A stretch of DNA of 64,000 nt from assembly GCF_001194135.2 (NCBI RefSeq), contig NC_068998.1, forward strand, positions 7,602,756 through 7,666,755. Direction: 5' to 3'. The position numbers and the translations under genes were made by a program. This document shows, piece by piece, positions 1 to 11,162 of this stretch (within the stretch, counting starts at the first letter, position 1; each line of letters begins with the position of its first letter). Source of the DNA: Octopus bimaculoides. Taxonomy: Eukaryota. The notes under the pieces were generated by a model. It was not told where the DNA came from, did not search any database, and saw only the letters and a list, made by a program, of their open reading frames with translations.

Positions 1-274
1 AGGAAACCCCAAAATGGCTGAAGTTCAAAAGATAGTGCTCATGGGAACTGCCAATATCCTACGTAAAATACTGTCTATGTGATCTCAAATTTTAAAGCAA
101 ACACATAATTTTCTTATGGTTTCTTAAACATTCACTAGAACAAAACTCTACAAATCCAAATATATGGTACCCTAGGCATAACACCTACATGAACTTCTAA
201 CTTGTTGTCTCTTGAGGTCTCTTGGTGAGACTTGGATCCAACTTGTACAAATGCAAAACAAAAGTCAAACATAA

Positions 275-275
<1 letters not shown>
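1..275 (+). mobile_element. 3' end of an R4/Dong-like RLE non-LTR retrotransposon (ORF C-terminus plus 3' UTR) ending in a (TAA)n tract
   Basis: Bases 2-82 translate as GNPKMAEVQKIVLMGTANILRKILSM*, resembling the 'QK..L.GTA.ILR..L' C-terminus of R4-clade ORFs. About 190 bp of UTR follow, then (AAT)n at ~275-322. The element is cut by the window edge. Confidence 0.7.

Positions 276-322
<47 letters not shown>
275..322. repeat. (AAT)n microsatellite
   Basis: Direct reading of the sequence. Confidence 0.95.
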
Positions 323-532
323 TAGTTCTACTACAGATTCAAAACCTAAAGTTTTAGAGGAAGAGGCATAATCAATCACATCGACCGCAGTGATCAAATG
401 GTACTTAGTTTATCGACCCCGGAAAGAAGGAAGACAAAGTCGACCTCGGTGGTATTTTAACACAGAACGTAGAGAGTCGGTAAACATGCCGCTAAGCATC
501 TTGTCCGGCGTACTAACGATTCTACGAGCTCA
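323..532 (-). mobile_element. SINE family A, tail type A2, degenerate
   Basis: Reverse complement of the family core GAGGTCGACTTTGCCTTTCATCC...GATAAATTAAGTACC, with a tRNA-like head and an (ATT)n tail. Confidence 0.8.
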
Positions 533-540
533 ATGTCTGA

Positions 541-553
541 TGATGGTGGAGAA

Positions 554-592
<39 letters not shown>

Positions 593-646
593 AATGACGA
601 CGATGATAATAATAATAATAATAATAATATTAATAATAATAATAAT
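541..646. repeat. (GAT)n/(AAT)n compound microsatellite
   Basis: Direct reading of the sequence. Confidence 0.9.
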
Positions 647-647
647 C

Positions 648-859
648 CTTTCTACCAAAAGCACAAGGCTCGAAATTTTGGAGGAGGAGTCTAGTCAGTT
701 ACATCGAAAACAGTGTTTCACTGGTACTTAATTTATCGACCCTGAAAGGATGTAAAGCAAAGTCGACCTCGACGGAATTTGAACGCAGAACGTAGCAATG
801 GGCGAAATACTGCTAAGCATTTCGCCCGGTGTGTTAACGAACCTGCAAGCTCGCCGCCT
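648..859 (-). mobile_element. SINE family A, tail A2
   Basis: Minus strand starts AGGCGGCGAGCTTGCAG, has a B-box-like GTTCAAATTCC, the family core, and tail ...AATTTCGAGCCTTGTGC. Confidence 0.85.
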
Positions 860-1163
860 GATGATGAGGGTGAGGATGAAGATGAAGAAGAAGAAGAAGA
901 GGAAGAAGAAGGTAAAGAAGAAAGTAAAGAAGAAAGTAAAGAAGAAGAAGAAGAAGAAGAAGAAGAAGGTGGAGGAGGAGGGGAAAAAGAATAAAAAGAA
1001 GAAGGTAAAGAAGAAGAAGAAGAAGAAGAAGAAGAAGAAGAAGAAGAAGAAGAAGAAGAATCATCATTATGATAAGGATGGTATGTGAAGTTGATAATAG
1101 TAATGATGATATAGATGTTGTTGTTGATGATGTTGATGATGATGAAGATTACGTTGGTGGTGG

Positions 1164-1209
<46 letters not shown>

Positions 1210-1210
1210 A
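860..1210. repeat. (GAA)n and (GAT)n low-complexity tract
   Basis: Direct reading; it explains the poly-E/K/D ORFs in the track. Confidence 0.9.
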
Positions 1211-1244
1211 ACAGAGAATTTAAAAAAAAACACTATCTCGATAG

Positions 1245-1375
1245 TTTATTTTGATAAAAGTGACACAATGTAAACAACTTTGGTAAGAATTTGAAAATCC
1301 GAACTATTTGAATTATAACATATAGAGTCTGCAACAGTACCAAGTCAGAGCTTGCAGAAGAGTAAATAAAGACTC
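1245..1375. repeat. Dispersed AT-rich repeat (MITE-like), second copy at ~4057-4205
   Basis: Both sites share TTTTGATAAA...TGTAAACAAC(T/G)TTGGTAAGA and ...AGAAGAGTAAATA(A/T)AGAC. Confidence 0.45.
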
Positions 1376-1805
1376 AAAAATCCTTTTTTTTTTGTTTTCA
1401 TCATTTTTGAAAAATTACTTTTTAATTTCTATGTCATTTTTATAATTCATTTTATCGTACCTGATAAATTGAATTATTATATATCTCTAAATATTTTGCA
1501 AGACAAACAGTCTAGTTTGCCTTATTAGAAGAAATTTTAGCGTAGCATGCTGGTATCCTACAAAAGAAACTGCAAACTAATCTAGCTGCTAATGCAGCTT
1601 TGCAGTTTCCGTATGAGATTCCAATGAAATATTTTGCCCCGCGGACATATTCTCTCCAGAAAACATATTTCCTTCATTGATTAGCCAATTATACTCCTCG
1701 CTGCCATAGAAGCAAACTACGTATGCGATCAAGAAAATATGCTCATCTCACACGCACCCCTCACACATATATTATATGTATATATCTATATATATATATA
1801 TATAT

Positions 1806-1874
1806 GGTGCAGGAGTGGTTGTGCGGTAAGTAGCTTGCTTACCAATCACATGGTTCCGGATTCAATCCCACTGC
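1806..1874 (+). mobile_element. SINE family B, tRNA-like head only
   Basis: GGTGCAGGAGTGGTTGTGCGGTAAGTAGCTTGCTTACCAATCACATGGTTCCGGATTCAATCCCACTGC, with A-box-like and B-box-like motifs. Confidence 0.75.
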
Positions 1875-1921
1875 TAAGAAATGAAAGCTAGAGAAGGTGA
1901 AAGTAATACATACATATATAT

Positions 1922-2331
1922 AGGCAGGAGTGGCTGTGTGGTAAGAAGCTTGCTTCTGGCTTCAGTCCCACTATATGACACATTGAGCAAGTGTTTTCTA
2001 TCTGGCCTGAGGGCGTCCAAAGCCTTGTGAGTGGATTTGGTAGACGGAAACTTAAAGAAGCCTAATCTATATATGTATGCATCTGTGTGTGTGCGTGTGT
2101 GTCTTTGTGTCTGTGTTTGTCCCCTGCCACCGCTTGACAACCAGTGCTGGTTTATTTAAATCCCAGTAAACTAGCGGCTCGGCAAAACAGACCGATAGAA
2201 TAAGCATTAGGCTTTAAAAAATCGTGTGGTCGATTCATTCGATTAAAATTTATTGAAGGCAGAGCTACAGCATGGCCGCAGTATAGTGACTGTAACAAGT
2301 CACTAGACTGATAAAAGATAAAAGATAAAAG
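1922..2331 (+). mobile_element. SINE family B, near full length
   Basis: Head TGGCTGTGTGGTAAG, body CCAAAGCCTTGTGAGTGGATTTGGTAGACGGAAAC, internal TA/TG tract, 3' half ...CAGCATGGCCGCAGT, and a (GATAAAA)n tail. Confidence 0.85.
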
Positions 2332-2858
2332 ACATTTGTAGAAAGAGATTGCGCGCGCGCGACAGTGAGTGAGAGAGGGAGAGAGAGACAGAGAGAGAGA
2401 AAGAGAGAGAGAGAGAGAAAGTGTGTGTATATGAAAGCGAGAGAGTGAGTGAGAGAAAGGTTGCTAGATATATGAATCACATATAACTGGCAACCAATAA
2501 GCCAAAAATAGGATCAGTCTAAGCCAGTTCAGCTTACATAAGCAGCAGTTGTTAAAATATAATCATAAAACATGGAATCTTGATACAAATAGATATATTT
2601 CGTGTCACTCTGTCTTTGTATGTATTTATAGTCTACGTGCAAAATTCCTCCACTCCATTCAAGATATTTGGCATAACGACCCTCCCGAGATACAGCAAAC
2701 TATTCCAATCGTTATTTGTTCCCGATTTAAACTGTGAACATTTGGCTGACTCAAAACTGACAATGCGGTTAAGACAGTTATGTTGCTATGGTATTTGCGC
2801 ATCGATGATGTAACATTCTGGTGAAAATATAGGAAAATGGATTCAAAATATTATACCA

Positions 2859-2973
2859 TGAATTCCTTTCATCCTTTCGGCCGTGATGAAATAAGCACCG
2901 GTTGATTACTAGGTTTGATGTAGTCGACTTGCTCCATCCTCCGAAATTGCTGGTCTTGTGCCATAATTTGAAA

Positions 2974-2975
<2 letters not shown>
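2859..2975 (+). mobile_element. SINE family A, 3' fragment
   Basis: CCTTTCATCCTTTCGG...GATGTAGTCGAC...GAAATTGCTGGTCTTGTGCC. Confidence 0.65.
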
Positions 2976-3018
<43 letters not shown>

Positions 3019-3643
3019 ATATATANNNNNNNNNNNNNNNNNNNNNNNNNNNNNNNNNNNNNNNNNNNNNNNNNNNNNNNNNNNNNNNNNNNNNNNNNNN
3101 NNNNNNNNNNNNNNNNNNNNNNNNNNNNNNNNNNNNNNNNNNNNNNNNNNNNNNNNNNNNNNNNNNNNNNNNNNNNNNNNNNNNNNNNNNNNNNNNNNNN
3201 NNNNNNNNNNNNNNNNNNNNNNNNNNNNNNNNNNNNNNNNNNNNNNNNNNNNNNNNNNNNNNNNNNNNNNNNNNNNNTATATATATATGTGTGTGTGTGT
3301 GCGTACTTTTAATATTTTCGTTTGCCTATGATTACGTCGCATTTTCCCGGCACATTATTATCGCAATTTTTTTCTTCATCAATCTCTATTTTTTTCTTTC
3401 TTCCCTACTTATTATTTACATCTTTACATACACGTTTTGCTTTAGCAGAGTAGACCATATATATTATTCATGTATACATTCAAACTTATTCCTATTAATC
3501 ATATACAATTAATTTAATGCAGAAATTTACATTACTTTTGGCTTTATTTGTAATAGCAGTATCAGTTTGATTATGTTCGTGTTGCCGTTATAGCTACCGA
3601 TCTGGATGGTTGTAACAATAATGTACGAGGGTGTTTATTATTA

Positions 3644-3680
<37 letters not shown>

Positions 3681-3690
3681 NNNNNNNNNN

Positions 3691-3730
<40 letters not shown>

Positions 3731-4466
3731 TATTATTTATAGTATTCAAATATGACATATTGCCATAGTTACCAATCTGCTTTGAATTATGAATTTACTA
3801 GACGGAGTTTGTATCCTCTTAATCTCAGATTCGTATAGTTATCCAATAAATACTCTACAGCAATTTAGATATTTTATTTTGTTTTGTTTTGTTTTTGTAA
3901 AGCCGTGTCTTATGAATATAAATTGAACTTAATATTTAAGTTTCACCATAAATTTTACTTTAGCAGTTTGAAAAAGTGTGGCCAATGCTGATAACGAGTA
4001 AAATCTAGAAAAAATATAATAAAAGAATTAAAAATAAAAAAATTATATCCCGATATTGTGTTTTGATAAAGCAATACTGTGTAAACAACGTTGGTAAGAT
4101 ATATTTTATACCATAAGAAGTGGAAAGCAAACAGTTTAAATAATAGTATTTAGTCCAAAATACTATCGACTCAGAAAAAAATGTAGAAGAGTAAATATAG
4201 ACACAAAAGCTCAGACAATTTAAGAAAAAATCTTTTTATTACATTTAAATTCTTTTATGAGCTTTCTATGGATTTCTTTATGTTTTTCTTTATCTATATT
4301 TTGCTGTAACACAGTAGAAATTAGTTTTATTTACGAAGAGACTGGACAGTGATAGGAACTTATTATTTGGAGACTGCGATAATCTGAAGTAATGCGGTAA
4401 CAAGCAAGAGTCACTGTTCTTAAGTATGGGAGGCGAGGTGGGGGTTTCAGAATTTTAAAATAGAAA

Positions 4467-4578
4467 GGCGGTGACCTGGCGAAATGCTTAGCAGTATTTC
4501 GTCTGTCTTTACTTTCTGAGTTCGAATTCTTCCGAGGTCGACTTCGCCTTTCATCCTTTCGGGGTCGATAAATTAAAT
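4467..4578 (+). mobile_element. SINE family A, 5' part
   Basis: GGCGAAATGCTTAGCAGTATTTCG...GAGTTCGAATTC...GAGGTCGACTTCGCCTTTCATCCTTTCGGGGTCGATAAATTAA. Confidence 0.8.
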
Positions 4579-5110
4579 AACACGAACGGGAACGTGAAAC
4601 TCTGAGTAACAGATTTTGCTATATTTCTGCTGCTTTTAATAGTACATATGCATATGTGTGTGTGTGTGTGTGTGTATGTGTGTGTGTGTGTGCGTGCGCG
4701 TGCGTGTGCGTGTGTGTGTGTGTGTAATTGTGTCAGTGTATTTCTATAGAGATGAACACTAAATTTAAAAAGTGGAAATTGCTTTACTTGGAGAAAACTT
4801 CAATTCTTCAATTATTCATGAAAATCTATTGAAGACCGTAGCCGATGCCATAAATCGCAAAGTTGCTATGAATAGCAATAGTATTTCTTGGATAAATACT
4901 TTTCTTGAGAGTTCTTATATAAGTCAAAGCCTTATATCTTTAGCTGTCATTGCGAAATATGAAAAAGTAGTGCTAGGCTTAGTAAGTGGTAATATTGCTT
5001 TCAAACTGACTCTGGTTACAGAAATGCCGTTTGATTGTTGTAAAATTATCAGTTGCCAATTAGATTGCATCTTCTAGCCTTAGCGACCGTTATTGATTTC
5101 TGCATATTAT

Positions 5111-6259
5111 TTACACATCAGCATCGTCGTCTTTGTCGCTGTCGTCGTCGTCGTCGACGACGGCGGCGGCGTCATCGGTATCATCATCGCCACGGACGTC
5201 GTTTTCATTCTCGTGGGCGTCGGTTCCCTCGTTTTCGTCGACGTCCTCCTCCTCCTCCTCCTCCTCCTCCTCGTCCTCGTCGTCCTCGTCCTCCGCCTCG
5301 TCCTCCTCCTCGTCCTCCTCCTCGTCCTCCTCCTCNNNNNNNNNNNNNNNNNNNNNNNNNNNNNNNNNNNNNNNNNNNNNNNNNNNNNNNNNNNNNNNNN
5401 NNNNNNNNNNNNNNNNNNNNNNNNNNNNNNNNNNNNNNNNNNNNNNNNNNNNNNNNNNNNNNNNNNNNNNNNNNNNNNNNNNNNNNNNNNNNNNNNNNNN
5501 NNNNNNNNNNNNNNNNNNNNNNNNNNNNNNNNNNNNNNNNNNNNNNNNNNNNNNNNNNNNNNNNNNNNNNNNNNNNNNNNNNNNNNNNNNNNNNNNNNNN
5601 NNNNNNNNNNNNNNNNNNNNNNNNNNNNNNNNNNNNNNNNNNNNNNNNNNNNNNNNNNNNNNNNNNNNNNNNNNNNNNNNNNNNNNNNNNNNNNNNNNNN
5701 NNNNNNNNNNNNNNNNNNNNNNNNNNNNNNNNNNNNNNNNNNNNNNNNNNNNNNNNNNNNNNNNNNNNNNNNNNNNNNNNNNNNTCCTCCGCGTCCTCCT
5801 CCACCGCGTCCTTCTCCTGCTCCTCCTCCTCGTCGTCCTGCTCCTGCTCCTCCTCCTCGTCGTCCTCGTCGTCCTCGTCGTCCTCTTCCTCCTCCTCGTC
5901 ATCCTCGTCGTCCTCCACCTCCTCGTCCTCCTCCTCATCATCATAATGGCCATCGTCCCCACCATCGCCATGGATATCGTCTTCATTCTCTTTAGCGTCT
6001 ATGCTCTCGTGGCAGTCGTCATCATCATCATCATCATGATCATCATCATCATCATCGCCATCCTCCCCATCATCGCCATAGATAGCCTCATCATTCTCGT
6101 TAGCCTCGATGCTCTCGTGGTGGTCGTCATCATAATCACCATCATCATCATCACCCTCCTCATCATCATCGTCATTACCATCGTCATCATGACCAGCATG
6201 GACATCATTTTTCTCCTCGCTGGCACCGGTGCCCTCGTCGTCACCCCTTCTAGCCACAC
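5111..6259 (-). CDS. Candidate terminal coding exon of a very acidic Asp/Glu-rich repeat protein, interrupted by an assembly gap at 5336-5784
   Basis: Open D/E frame on both sides of the gap. Possible AG acceptor at 6261-6260 (phase 1, ..G|VARRGDDEG..) and TAA at 5113-5111. Four copies of the motif E[SG][IT][DEG]A.E[NE][DEK][END][AD][IV].[GA]. It could instead be a non-coding minisatellite. Confidence 0.4.
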
Positions 6260-6306
6260 CTGATAGGCAATCTCATCTTCACACTTTCAGTTGCAGTTCA
6301 AACCAA

Positions 6307-6586
6307 AAACTGAAAGAAGCCCATCGTATATATACATGAATAGATATTTATGTGTGTGTGTGTGTCTTTGTGTCTTTGCTTGTTTCCACCCGATCAGCGC
6401 TTGAACACAGGTAGTAGTGTCTTTACGTCCTCGTAAGTTAGCGGTTCGGCAAAAAAGACAATAAAATAAGTACTAGGCTTCAAAAAAAAAAGAGTACTGA
6501 CGACAATTCAGTTGACTAAAATTCCTGAAGGCGGTGCTCCAGCATGGCCGCAGTCTGATGACTGAAACATGTAAAAGATAAAAGGT
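6307..6586 (+). mobile_element. SINE family B, 5'-truncated
   Basis: AACTGAAAGAAGCCCATCGTATATA...TTAGCGGTTCGGCAAAA...GGCGGTGCTCCAGCATGGCCGCAGTC...GAAACATGTAAAAGATAAAA. Confidence 0.8.
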
Positions 6587-7016
6587 AAAAAAAAAGTCTC
6601 CTACAGCTGTTTCTAGAACAGCCAAGCATGTGCATAATCGTATTCAACTTATAGAAATAAGCTGAGTATACCGTCATCAGAAAGGGAGAAGTTAGAGAGA
6701 TGAAAAAAATGTAAGAAAATCCTCAGTCGAGGATATTAAAATATTCCAGCTTCTCAAAAATGGGGAAAGATCAGAGTAAAGTAGATATGCGGTTCCGTAA
6801 TCGAATAAAGAATATAATTTTTTTTTACATCTCACTGACTTCTCCGTCTCTGATGACAGTACATTCAGTTTATGGAATTCATACTCAATATGACGATGCA
6901 TATGCGTGGCTATTCCTGAAACAGCTGTAAGAGACTCGATATGGTCATATTCTCTATGTAAGTTAAATATATTTTTCAAGTGATGCTAAACGTTTTGGTT
7001 TTCCATTTTTACTTTA

Positions 7017-7076
<60 letters not shown>
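7017..7076. repeat. (TCTA)n microsatellite
   Basis: Direct reading of the sequence. Confidence 0.95.
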
Positions 7077-8371
7077 GTCTACGTACGTACGTACGTATGT
7101 ATGTATCTGTATACCTATCTATCTTTTTATCTATACCTCTGTGTATGAAATTGTGTGTGTGTGCGTGTGTGTGTGTGTTTAAAAGCTGAAGACTATGCTG
7201 AAATTTTTTTATGCTTTGAAAACTTTACGTAACATAGAACTCAATTCATTGGCTAGAGTAGGTAGGCTATATCTATTATATCAAACGATGACAGTCTACT
7301 TGAATTTTGCTTTCGGCTACGATGTTCTTAAACAACGTTAAGAAGCGGCGTGTGTGTGAGTGCGTATATATAAATATACATACATACATACATACATACA
7401 CACATACATACATACATATATGTATACATATATACTCACATATATGCATATGTAGGTGTGAATGTACTGAAGTGGTTTTGAAGGTACCTCACATTGCAAT
7501 GTTCAACAGAGGCTTATAGAGTCGACCTAGACATTAACAATGTTAACATACTTATGTGATTTGCTTTCCCAAACAACGTTCTTCGACATTTATATAGCTT
7601 GACTTGAGGAGCATATATTTCAATAGCAGTGCTTAACTTTATTGTGCTCGATGATTCAACAGATATTGGTACACATACATAGACATTACCGTTAGGTTCA
7701 ATTGAGGTTACAAGAGTTAACTAGAGAATTATATATTTCATCAGTTTTCTAAGCAGAACACTTTTTTCTGGTTTTTGTATTTTTATAATTTGTCTGTTCA
7801 AATATATTATTGTATAGAGTTCAGTAGATGTTACAAGAGCTAGCTAAATAAATATATATTTCAACAGAAGTCTGTAAGCAAAGCTTTTTTTATTTGTCTA
7901 TACAAAGACTTCTCTCCTCTTTTATATCATACAAAATTTAATTTCAATAAAACTAATCTTTGATAAACATTTAAATGTCAATATGTAGTAAATAGCAGAT
8001 TCTTAATTCTGTTTAACCCTTTCATAATTATATTCCTATTGAATTATATTGTCTATATAATATTTCGATTAATTTAGAAAATAATGAAGAATTTAGAGGT
8101 TTTTAGTAATGTAACTAATGTTTTCTTGTTTTTGTGTTTTGATTAATCTTAACAAAAGATTCTTACATAAAATTATGAGGGAAATATTGTACGGAAAGAA
8201 GAGAACAAACTGTTGATACAGAGTTTCGTGAGAATCAAAAGTTCAAATGAACCGAGACAATGTAAAAAAGAGGGGTCCTTTTTCATCTTTGAGATATAGG
8301 GCAATTTTCCTAGACTTTTGAATAAACGAACGAATAAATTAGGGAGCAGAAAAGACTGTTTACAGCCTTAA

Positions 8372-8565
8372 AGTGGCACTCCGTCGGATACAATAACAAG
8401 CGCTCCAGTTTATGTGAGCAACTGCACAGCTTGCTCATGGCAAGCATACACATAACGTAGTTCTCAAGGAAATTCCGCATAACACAAAACGTGACAAGGA
8501 TGGCCCTTTGAAAATTACAGGCACTACTCAGTTTTGAAAGATGAGTTGATTGGAGCAACGTGAAT
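8372..8565 (-). mobile_element. SINE family C, 3' part
   Basis: Matches 41383-41610: GCACTCCGTCGG, AACGTAGTTCTC, GTGACAAGG.TGGCCCTTTGAAA, GGAGCAACGTGAA. Confidence 0.7.
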
Positions 8566-8714
8566 TTTGTAGTTTTACTAGAGAGTATACAGCCTATCAA
8601 GCTTTAGTGCAATGATAAAATGCATCTAGGAAATTTTGTAAAATGGTTGGTGATAGAAAGGGCAACTAACTTTAAAAAAACAAGGCAAAGCAAAAACATT
8701 TAAGGTTCTCGGAC

Positions 8715-8815
8715 CATCTAGTGATTGTGTGTTGAGGGGAAGAATGTGACAACGAAGGCCTGTCCAACCCATACCAGCATGGAAAAACAGATGCAGAAAT
8801 GAGATGCTAATAATA
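8715..8815 (+). mobile_element. RTE-type retroposon 3' tail
   Basis: CCAACCCATACCAGCATGGAAAAACAGATG followed by a (GAT)n tract. The same tail occurs at ~10070, 16260, 34200 (minus) and 35545. Confidence 0.55.
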
Positions 8816-9049
8816 AATGATATTGACGAATGATCGTGATAATGATAAGAGTAATGATGACGAGGATGACGGACGACGTCGACGACGATCACTGATGATT
8901 CTGAAGACGATGGTGATGATGATGATGACGACAATAATGATAATGGTGATGATAATGATGACGACGATAAGGATGATGATGATGACGATGATGTTGGTGA
9001 TGATGATGTTGGTGATGATGATATGATGAAGATGGTGATGAAGATGATG

Positions 9050-9085
<36 letters not shown>

Positions 9086-9150
9086 TTGACGATGATGATG
9101 TTGACAACGATGATGATGATGATGGAGACGACGAGTATGATGAAGATGAC
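8816..9150. repeat. (GAT)n low-complexity tract
   Basis: Direct reading of the sequence. Confidence 0.9.
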
Positions 9151-9174
9151 AGATTTATATACATACATACAATA

Positions 9175-9980
9175 AGATTAAACGGTTCTACGTCGGTAGA
9201 ACATCGACCCCAGTGTTTCACCAGTACTTAATTTATTGACCCCGAAAGGATGAATGGCAAAGACGACCCCGGTGGCATTTGAAGTCAGAACGTGATGACA
9301 AACGAAATACCGCTAAGCATTTCGTCCGGCGTGCTAATGTTTCTTATTTCTTTATTGCCCACAAGGGGCTAAATATAGAGGGGACAAACAAGGACAGACA
9401 AAGGGATTAAGTTGATTACATCGACCCCAGTGCGTAACTGGTACTTAATTTATCGACCTCGAAAAGAAGAAAGGCAAAGTCGACCTCGGCGGATTTTGAA
9501 CTCAGAACGTTATGACAAACGAAATACCTATTTCGTTATTGCCCACAAGGGGCTAAACATAGAGGGAACAAACAAGAACAGACGAACGGATTAAGTCGAT
9601 TACATCGACCCCAGTGCGTAACTGGTACTTAATTTATCGACCCCGAAAGAAATGAATGGCAAAGTCGACCTCGGCGGAATTTGAACTCAGAACGTAACGG
9701 CAGACGAAATACCGCTAAGCATTTCGTCCGGCGTGCTAACGTTTCTTATTTCGTTATTGCCCACAAGGGGCTAAACATAGAGGGGACAAACAAGGACAGA
9801 CAAAGGGATTAAGTTGATTACATCGACCCCCAGTGCGTAACTGCTACTTAATTTATCGACCTCGAAAAGAAGAAAGGCAAAGTCGACCTCGGCGGCATTT
9901 GAACTCAGAACGTGATGACAAACGAAATACCGCTAATCATTTCGCCCGGCGTGCTAACGTTTCTGCCAGCTCGCCGCCTT
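9175..9980 (-). mobile_element. Head-to-tail tandem array of about 4 SINE family A units (tail A1)
   Basis: Units of about 218 bp with junctions at 9339, ~9530 and 9741. Only the terminal unit keeps the full head (AAGGCGGCGAGCTGGCAGAAAC). Tail ...GCCCCTTGTGGGCAATAA(A/C)GAAATAAGAAAC. Confidence 0.9.
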
Positions 9981-9994
9981 AACATAAGGAAATA

Positions 9995-10118
9995 TTGCCT
10001 TGTCAGGCGATGACTGGCGACAGGAAGAGCATCTGGCCGTAGAAAATCAAATCTACTTCAACAAATACCGTCTGTCCCATGCATGTATAGAAAAGTGGTA
10101 GTTAAATGGTAATGATGT
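9995..10118 (+). mobile_element. RTE-type retroposon 3' tail
   Basis: GGCGACAGGAAGAGCATCTGGCCGTAGAAAATC...CCATGCATGTATAGAAAAGTGG.AGTTAAATG(GT)AATGATG. Confidence 0.6.
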
Positions 10119-11129
10119 CAATGCTATAGACTCCCCCAACACACACATATATATATAGCATATATATATTCTTTCTCTTCCTGACTGGTTTCTCTCCTTC
10201 CTTCCCCTTCCCCCCCTCTCTCTATCTTTGTAATATACACAATGCACATGTGTAAATAATACTATTGGCGTATTCTTGTATTCCTCAGTTAAAATTAATC
10301 ACAAATAAATACATTACAGTTACGTTAATGTCGTGCCACGAAGTCTTTGCTTTTGCTTTCAGTTAGACAAGAACACCAGCACCAATACCAATAACGAAAT
10401 GCAACAACAAAACAAACATAAATATCAATAACCAAAAACAGAAAGTACAAAAAAAACAAAAAAAAACGAACGCAAAAAAATTATAAAATAAAGAGGGAAA
10501 GAAACATCCTAAAAAAAAAAATACAAAAAACAACAAACAAACCAAACAACCAAACCGAATTGAGAATGTCTCCAGCCAAAGCGATAGCATGGAGTTTCAT
10601 TTGGCTTTTTCTTTCTCTCTTTCCTTCTTTCATTCTCTATAATGAAATGTCTCTCATTCTTCATCAAAGTGTTGTTCTATGAATAAATTTATTCTTTCTA
10701 AATCACACAGAAATGACAGTATTATACACTTTTACATTCTTTTACTTTGAAGTTTTCCCTTAATTTACTTTCTTGCTTTTTCCCTTCTGTTCCTTTCTTT
10801 TTTTTTTTTGCTTTTCTTTTTTCTTTTTTGGTCTTGCGATGCTATTATGTATATCAGTCAACATGCAATCATCATCATCGTCATCATCATCATCATCATC
10901 TTCGTCATCGTCATCACTGCTAAACCCACACTACATTCACCATCGTCGTCGTTGTCATCACAGCGTGGTCGTGGTCGTCGCCCCTCCTCGCTCTCTTTTT
11001 CCTCCTCTTCCTAATAAAAAAAAGTTATGACAACTTTTCCAATACTTTCGGTACAAATCTCGTGTGTGAGCGTTGGCCGTGTTTGTGTATACTTACATAC
11101 ATACATATATACATACATACATACATATA

Positions 11130-11162
<33 letters not shown>

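Noticed and set aside
4772-5077. 101-aa plus-strand ORF in unique sequence
   Set aside because: No recognisable motif, non-ATG start in the track, and a length compatible with chance. It would fall in the 3' UTR of the minus-strand acidic candidate.
6545-6575. CTGATGA-CT-GAAAC-AT-GTA hammerhead-like string in a SINE B tail
   Set aside because: No stem II or stem I. Other B copies read CAAATGACTGAAAC, so this is a chance variant.
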